Sequence record: NC_041878.1
Reading direction: 5' to 3' (one strand)
Length of the DNA: 64,000 nucleotides
In this document: positions 59,315 through 64,000 of the stretch, one piece after another
How the letters are laid out: every line of letters starts with the position of its first letter
Position numbering within the stretch: the first letter of the stretch is position 1
The notes under the pieces: generated by a model
Told to the model about the DNA's origin: nothing
The model's input: the letters and a program-made list of their open reading frames with translations, nothing else
Database searches by the model: none
Made by a program: the position numbers and the translations under genes

Positions 59315-60490
59315 ATGTCACAACTATTAACTGAATCTAAATGGGCTGCTGTAAAAGATAAGCTTGTTGAAGGTCTTTCTGGTAATCGTAAAACTGTAAT
59401 GGAATCAGTTCTAGATAACCAACGTAAAGTAATGCTACGTGAATCCGCGACTGCTGGTGCAACTTCTGCTGGTAACATCGCAACACTAAACAAAGTAATT
59501 CTACCAATTATTCGTCGTGTTATGCCAACCGTTATCGCTAACGAAATCATCGGTGTTCAACCTATGACCGGTCCAGTTGGTCAAATCCATACACTACGTG
59601 TTCAATATGCTGATAATGCACCAGGCGTTGTTGCAGGTGAAGAAGCTCTATCACCATACAAAATCGCTAAGTCTTACACTGGTGAAATTAACTCTGATAA
59701 CACTGCACCACGTGCTGCACCAACTTCTCAACTAGAAGGTGTTATGGGTCGTCGTGTGAACATCCGTATTCTACGTGAAACCGTAGAAGCTCAATCTCGT
59801 CGTCTATCTGCTCGTTGGACTGTTGAATCTGCACAAGATGCACAAGCACAACACGGTATTGACGTTGAAGCTGAACTAATGGCTGCAATCGCACAAGAAA
59901 TCACTACTGAGATCGACCAAGAACTACTAGCTCGTCTACGTGCTCTACCAGGTGCTGCTGCTGTTGTTTATGATCAATCTAAAGTTACTGGTGTTGCTAC
60001 CTTCGTTGGTGATGAACACGCTGCTCTAGCTACTCTAATCAACCGTCAAGCAAACGAAGTTGCTCGTCGTACCAAACGTGGTGCTGCAAACTGGGCCGTT
60101 GTTTCTCCAACTGCTCTAACTATTCTTCAGTCTGCAACTACTTCTAGTTTTGCACGTACTACTGAAGGTACTTTTGAAGCTCCAACTAACGTTAAATTCG
60201 TTGGTGTTCTAAACTCTACTATGCGTGTATACGTAGATACCTATGCTGATGACAGTACTGATGTACTAATCGGTTATAAAGGTAACCAAGAGACTGATGC
60301 TGGTGCATTCTATTGCCCATACATCCCACTAATGGCTTCTGGTACTGTGATGGACCCAAATACTGGTGAACTAGTAACTAGCTTCCTAACTCGTTATGGC
60401 TATGTACAACTAACTGATTCTACCAGTTCTCTAGGTAACGCTGCTGACTACTACAGCAAAATTGCTATCCGCAACGTAACCTTCATGTAA
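59315..60490 (+). CDS. gp23: major capsid protein, T4 gp23-like
   Basis: IIGVQPMTGPVGQI..LR, RRLSARWT.E.AQD..A.HGID.EAE, FYCPYIPL and TRYG. Confidence 0.96.
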   Translation: MSQLLTESKWAAVKDKLVEGLSGNRKTVMESVLDNQRKVMLRESATAGATSAGNIATLNKVILPIIRRVMPTVIANEIIGVQPMTGPVGQIHTLRVQYADNAPGVVAGEEALSPYKIAKSYTGEINSDNTAPRAAPTSQLEGVMGRRVNIRILRETVEAQSRRLSARWTVESAQDAQAQHGIDVEAELMAAIAQEITTEIDQELLARLRALPGAAAVVYDQSKVTGVATFVGDEHAALATLINRQANEVARRTKRGAANWAVVSPTALTILQSATTSSFARTTEGTFEAPTNVKFVGVLNSTMRVYVDTYADDSTDVLIGYKGNQETDAGAFYCPYIPLMASGTVMDPNTGELVTSFLTRYGYVQLTDSTSSLGNAADYYSKIAIRNVTFM

Positions 60491-60533
60491 TTTGAAGTAT
60501 CATTTAGATTTAAATTAAATCTGATATTAAATG

Positions 60534-60558
60534 AAAAGGACGCTTTATGCGTCCTTTT
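60534..60558 (+). terminator. terminator after the major capsid gene
   Basis: AAAAGGACGC-ttta-TGCGTCCTTTT. Confidence 0.8.
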
Positions 60559-60599
60559 CGCATTTCTGGAATCCATAAAGTAAATAGCTCTATAATGTA

Positions 60600-60628
60600 T
60601 GAAACGTATACATTTATTATGGTATAAT
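60600..60628 (+). promoter_or_regulatory. early/middle-type promoter TGAAACGT-N10-TATGGTATAAT
   Basis: Matches the consensus. Confidence 0.8.
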
Positions 60629-60643
60629 CATGGAGACAAAAAT

Positions 60644-61060
60644 ATGAACATTAAACCAGATTCAACTGTTGTGGTTTATCTTAACAATCAACAGCAATAC
60701 CACAGAAGTGTGTACAGCAAGTTCGAAGTACTAATTCAAGAATACAAAATGGTTGGGTACATAGAAGACTTAGGTGTACTTTGCTGTGGTTTTGAAACAG
60801 TGTACTATGACATGAACAAATATGTCAATGACATTATGAATTCTGATTTTGAAGAAATGACGTATGAACAGTACATTCTTTATTATCAAGGAAAGCTTGC
60901 ACAAGATAATCCTGGTGCTCCAGTTCTCAATGATATGCCTAAGATGGTTCCTGGTGTACAAATGAATGAGACTGTTCCAGTACGTGAAGTGCTGAACTCA
61001 AACCCTATCTTACAGAATTTGAACGATAAGGGTATAAAAGTGCAGATTTTGAAAGGATAA
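60644..61060 (+). CDS. hypothetical protein (~138 aa)
   Basis: ggag RBS before MNIKP; the track start at 60599 lies inside the promoter. Confidence 0.75.
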   Translation: MNIKPDSTVVVYLNNQQQYHRSVYSKFEVLIQEYKMVGYIEDLGVLCCGFETVYYDMNKYVNDIMNSDFEEMTYEQYILYYQGKLAQDNPGAPVLNDMPKMVPGVQMNETVPVREVLNSNPILQNLNDKGIKVQILKG

Positions 61061-61088
61061 ATACCCCACTTATATAGAGGGGTGAACT

Positions 61089-61400
61089 ATGTCTAATCAA
61101 ATTTGCTACGTTATCGTTAATCAAGCTTGGCCTGAATGGGTCAAAATTGGATTTACTTCAAAAGAAGAAATGAAAACTCGTTTGAGTACATACCAAACAG
61201 GTTCTCCGTTTAGAGATTATGAAGTTTATCATGAAGTATACTTTGAAGATGCAAAAGCTGCTGAAAAAGAAGTAAACAAAAGATTAAAGCAAATGAATGC
61301 AACTCAAGGTACTGGCAAAGAATGGTATAAGATGCCAAAGAAACTTGCTGCTAACATGATAGATGCAGTATTAGACGATTTAGAAGAAGGATTGCTCTAA
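61089..61400 (+). CDS. T5orf172 / GIY-YIG-like domain protein
   Basis: CYVI.N.AWPEWVKIGFT...RL..YQTGSP ... EWY. Confidence 0.75.
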   Translation: MSNQICYVIVNQAWPEWVKIGFTSKEEMKTRLSTYQTGSPFRDYEVYHEVYFEDAKAAEKEVNKRLKQMNATQGTGKEWYKMPKKLAANMIDAVLDDLEEGLL

Positions 61401-61444
61401 ATCATAAATATTTCTATAATATATAAACGAGAGGATTGATTTAT

Positions 61445-63064
61445 ATGAGTATAAGATTTAATCATGCTTCCAACACAATGACTAGTACTGATACAGCTAC
61501 TATTGTCATTGAGGGTGGAACGCCAAGTATTCCACGTCCATTGAGACTTGATGCTTCTTCTGTAATTTTTCCAAATAAAACATTACCAGCAGGTGAAGCA
61601 GGTGCAGTAGTTTTTGATACATCATCAAAATCACTAAAATATCATGATGGTTTCCAATGGGTAGAACTATTATCACAAGATGAAATACTTGCACCAGTTC
61701 AAATATCATTGACTGACATTTATAACCAGTTAGCTAACCGTGTAAAAACGGTTTCATATACATCAAGTACTGTTCCTTCTGCATCAATTAGTGGAACTAA
61801 CTTGAATATTGTTTTCCCATCTAGTACTTCTGGTGGTGGAACAGCAGTTCCTGGATTGTTTACTTCATCCCCTCCAGGAAGTATAATGCAGTACTCACTA
61901 TCTTCAGGACAATCAGTAGCTAGTATTCGTGAACAAATGAGCGGAGTTACTAATGGTCAAAGTGGTAGAAACGGTACAGCAGGTGCACCATATGTTACTA
62001 AAACTGGTTGGTGTTTTGCTGATGGTGCATATTGGACATGGAATGGTGAAGGTGGAACTGTAACTAAGGTTGTTCCTAATTTAAACCAAAATGCATACTT
62101 AAAAGGTATCACCACAAGTGGTGTAACAAAAACTGATGCAGTAATTGCTGATTCTGGTACAATAAGTAGCACATCAATAACTATACCAGATCACTATCAT
62201 GGTGTTGGTAGCATGTTGGGGTTAAGTGGATCACAAGGTGATGATGTTGCATTAATTATTGGTAAAACTTTTAACGATGGTCGAGTATATAGTGGTGCAA
62301 TTGTAACTGGTGATAAACAAAAATATTGGACAACATCAGTTAACGGTTCAGACACACGTACTGCTATTAGTACTACATATGCAATTTACCCAAATGGAAA
62401 TACAAGTTCACACACCCATAACCTAACAGGTATTGATGTTGGACACTTTAACGTTGCAATTTTATATAATATTGCAGAACCAAGTTTAGCTTTGAACCAA
62501 ACAGCGGGTGATGCTCGTTATGTTCTTAAATCTGGTGATGTAATGACTGGCTCATTAACTATTGCTAACAGTGCTGCGATTCAAGCTAATGATACAAACT
62601 TAGTATTATGGTTCCGTAACACTTCAGGTGGTGAACGTGGTGCAATTTATCATAGCAATACTACAAACACATTACGCTTCCGTTCTGCTGGCGGTACTGA
62701 AATGATACTTTCAAATACTGCTGGATTAACTATTAATAGTTTAGTAGTATCTTCACAAAGTGCAACTGTTGCTGGTCGTAATGTTGTTCGTGCAATTAAC
62801 GGAACAACAGCAGATGCTAATGGTAACGTTACATTAAGCATTACTGGTGGTGTAGTAACAAACGTTCGTCGTGGTGCTGAAATAGCTGTGAACCGTTATA
62901 CATTGGGTGGTGAATCATTTGTGTACCGTTGTGGTGAAGGTCAATATGTTACTGGTTTTAACATATGGTCAAAAAGTGGTAATAACGATGAATTCCGTGA
63001 TATGTATTCACGTCCTGTTCAAATTTTAATTGATGGTGCATGGAGAACAATTTCTGATGTTTAA
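61445..63064 (+). CDS. tail fibre / receptor-binding protein
   Basis: RYVLKSGDVMTG fibre motif; INGTTADANGNV; C-terminal VTNVRRG...YSRPVQI.I.G.WRTI fibre tip; late promoter at 61403-61410. Confidence 0.75.
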   Translation: MSIRFNHASNTMTSTDTATIVIEGGTPSIPRPLRLDASSVIFPNKTLPAGEAGAVVFDTSSKSLKYHDGFQWVELLSQDEILAPVQISLTDIYNQLANRVKTVSYTSSTVPSASISGTNLNIVFPSSTSGGGTAVPGLFTSSPPGSIMQYSLSSGQSVASIREQMSGVTNGQSGRNGTAGAPYVTKTGWCFADGAYWTWNGEGGTVTKVVPNLNQNAYLKGITTSGVTKTDAVIADSGTISSTSITIPDHYHGVGSMLGLSGSQGDDVALIIGKTFNDGRVYSGAIVTGDKQKYWTTSVNGSDTRTAISTTYAIYPNGNTSSHTHNLTGIDVGHFNVAILYNIAEPSLALNQTAGDARYVLKSGDVMTGSLTIANSAAIQANDTNLVLWFRNTSGGERGAIYHSNTTNTLRFRSAGGTEMILSNTAGLTINSLVVSSQSATVAGRNVVRAINGTTADANGNVTLSITGGVVTNVRRGAEIAVNRYTLGGESFVYRCGEGQYVTGFNIWSKSGNNDEFRDMYSRPVQILIDGAWRTISDV

Positions 63065-63470
63065 AAGATATGAAAAACCTGGCGGTTATACAAACGTTCA
63101 GTACTGGATCGATGAAAACGGTACTGATTGGTATGATTATGCAGATAATGCTACTTTAGATAACTTGAAAGTATTAGTAGATGTAAACAATATTGTTGTG
63201 GGTTTCCATATGGATGCTACAACTCTTACACCAACTGATGCAACACTTTATGAAGTAACTCTTGACAAGGTTCCAGAAGACTTACAATTGGTTAAGTATT
63301 CATATGATGGAGACAAATTCTACTTAACTGAGTTTCCTGACAGTGGTCAGTCCATTGATGATATTAAGAATGAATTGTTTATGTTAATGCTTAAAACCAA
63401 AATGACTACTGAAGAAAAGAAATACTTTGAAGAACTCAAAGAATTGCTTCTACAAAAACTTTCGAAATAA
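63057..63470 (+). CDS. tail fibre assembly chaperone
   Basis: ENGTDWY, DATTL.P and YDG motifs; overlaps the fibre gene stop; ggag RBS. Confidence 0.65.
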   Translation: MFKRYEKPGGYTNVQYWIDENGTDWYDYADNATLDNLKVLVDVNNIVVGFHMDATTLTPTDATLYEVTLDKVPEDLQLVKYSYDGDKFYLTEFPDSGQSIDDIKNELFMLMLKTKMTTEEKKYFEELKELLLQKLSK

Positions 63471-63471
63471 A

Positions 63472-63500
63472 TGAAACGAAAATAAAACGTATGATATAAT
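63472..63500 (+). promoter_or_regulatory. early/middle-type promoter TGAAACGA-N10-TATGATATAAT
   Basis: Matches the consensus. Confidence 0.78.
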
Positions 63501-63502
63501 GT

Positions 63503-63536
63503 AGGCATCCTAGCGGAGAGTTAGGATGCTTTTTTT
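63503..63536 (+). terminator. terminator hairpin overlapping the predicted +1 of the promoter
   Basis: GCATCCTAG-cggagag-TTAGGATGC followed by TTTTTTT. Confidence 0.75.
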
Positions 63537-63553
63537 ATACATGGAGAAATGAA

Positions 63554-63856
63554 ATGGCTAAGAAGACTGAATCTAAAATTGAAGCACATGAGCTAAACGA
63601 CGCACAGCGTAAAAAACTTAAAGACGGCCTCAATTCCGCAGTAGTACAGCTAACCCACCTTGATACACTAAAAGAATCTTATGCAGATTTCATGGATACT
63701 CTAGCAGATGAACTAGGTCTTGACAAGGCTAAGTTGAAATCAGCAGCAATGCGTATCTATAAGCAAGACTTCTTTGATAAAGTTCGTGCACAAGACGAAG
63801 TAGAAACTATTCTAACAGTTTCCGGTAATCTTGCACAAATGGAAGATGATGAATAA
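63554..63856 (+). CDS. dsbA: dsDNA-binding protein, T4 DsbA / GapR-like
   Basis: About 100 aa; DELGLDK.........Y.QD pattern matching T4 DsbA (DELGVDGK). Confidence 0.6.
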   Translation: MAKKTESKIEAHELNDAQRKKLKDGLNSAVVQLTHLDTLKESYADFMDTLADELGLDKAKLKSAAMRIYKQDFFDKVRAQDEVETILTVSGNLAQMEDDE

Positions 63857-63860
63857 TAAA

Positions 63861-63889
63861 AATGCCCCAGGATTGGGGCGTTTTGTTTT
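63861..63889 (+). terminator. terminator hairpin
   Basis: AATGCCCCA-ggat-TGGGGCGTT followed by ttgtttt. Confidence 0.7.
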
Positions 63890-63915
63890 AAGTGCGTGTA
63901 ACATAAGGAGATAAG

Positions 63916-64000
63916 ATGTACGTAGATGGATATATGGATAGGAAAAAGACTGGTGAAGTTCTTCACGTAGCTGAACGTGTTAATGGTCAGCGTATACTGC
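63916..64000 (+). CDS. 5' fragment of a probable family-B DNA polymerase (truncated by window edge)
   Basis: aggag RBS; MYVDGYMDRKKTGEVLHVAERVNGQRIL resembles the YVD....VVER..G.R N-terminus of T4-like phage polymerases. Only 28 codons are visible. Confidence 0.5.
   Translation, partial: MYVDGYMDRKKTGEVLHVAERVNGQRIL

Noticed and set aside
1-64000. Alternative genetic code (stop-codon reassignment)
   Set aside because: Conserved genes, including the 10-kb ORF, are intact in the standard code, and TAA, TAG and TGA all end genes at sensible positions.

Overview
A 64-kb segment of a large, AT-rich, T4-related jumbo myophage. The gene content (MoxR/VWA pair, thyA, ClpA, gp55-47-46, a short gp23-type capsid protein) resembles the RaK2/GAP32/121Q-like group; this is inferred from remembered family features, not from a search. 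The window holds most of the morphogenesis genes. Head: portal, protease, scaffold and major capsid protein at 54.4-60.5 kb. Neck: gp14/gp15-like. Baseplate: gp6, gp25, gp5, gp53, hub, gp26-like and a 3,340-aa protein. Several fibre proteins are also present. These are interleaved, often head-to-head, with non-structural islands. Two promoter classes can be read directly from the DNA: a late-type NATAAATA, and a motif TGRAACGW-N10-TRTGNTATAAT found 7 times with invariant spacing. The most notable features missing from the ORF track are four. (1) A probable programmed -1 frameshift (U UUU UUC at 51349-51343) that fuses the gp26-like gene to a hidden 58-codon ORF, lambda G/GT style, next to the candidate tape-measure gene. 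(2) A ~0.5-0.7 kb promoter-driven, ORF-free, helix-rich region (50417-51100) that looks like a large structured ncRNA and/or a transcription-primed origin. (3) A central spike with an internal HxH tip followed by a dead M23 domain and a lysozyme domain, the latter duplicated as a stand-alone gene. (4) Strong enrichment of the palindrome AGTACT and of CTA leucine codons. No tRNA, rRNA, CRISPR array or IS element was seen.
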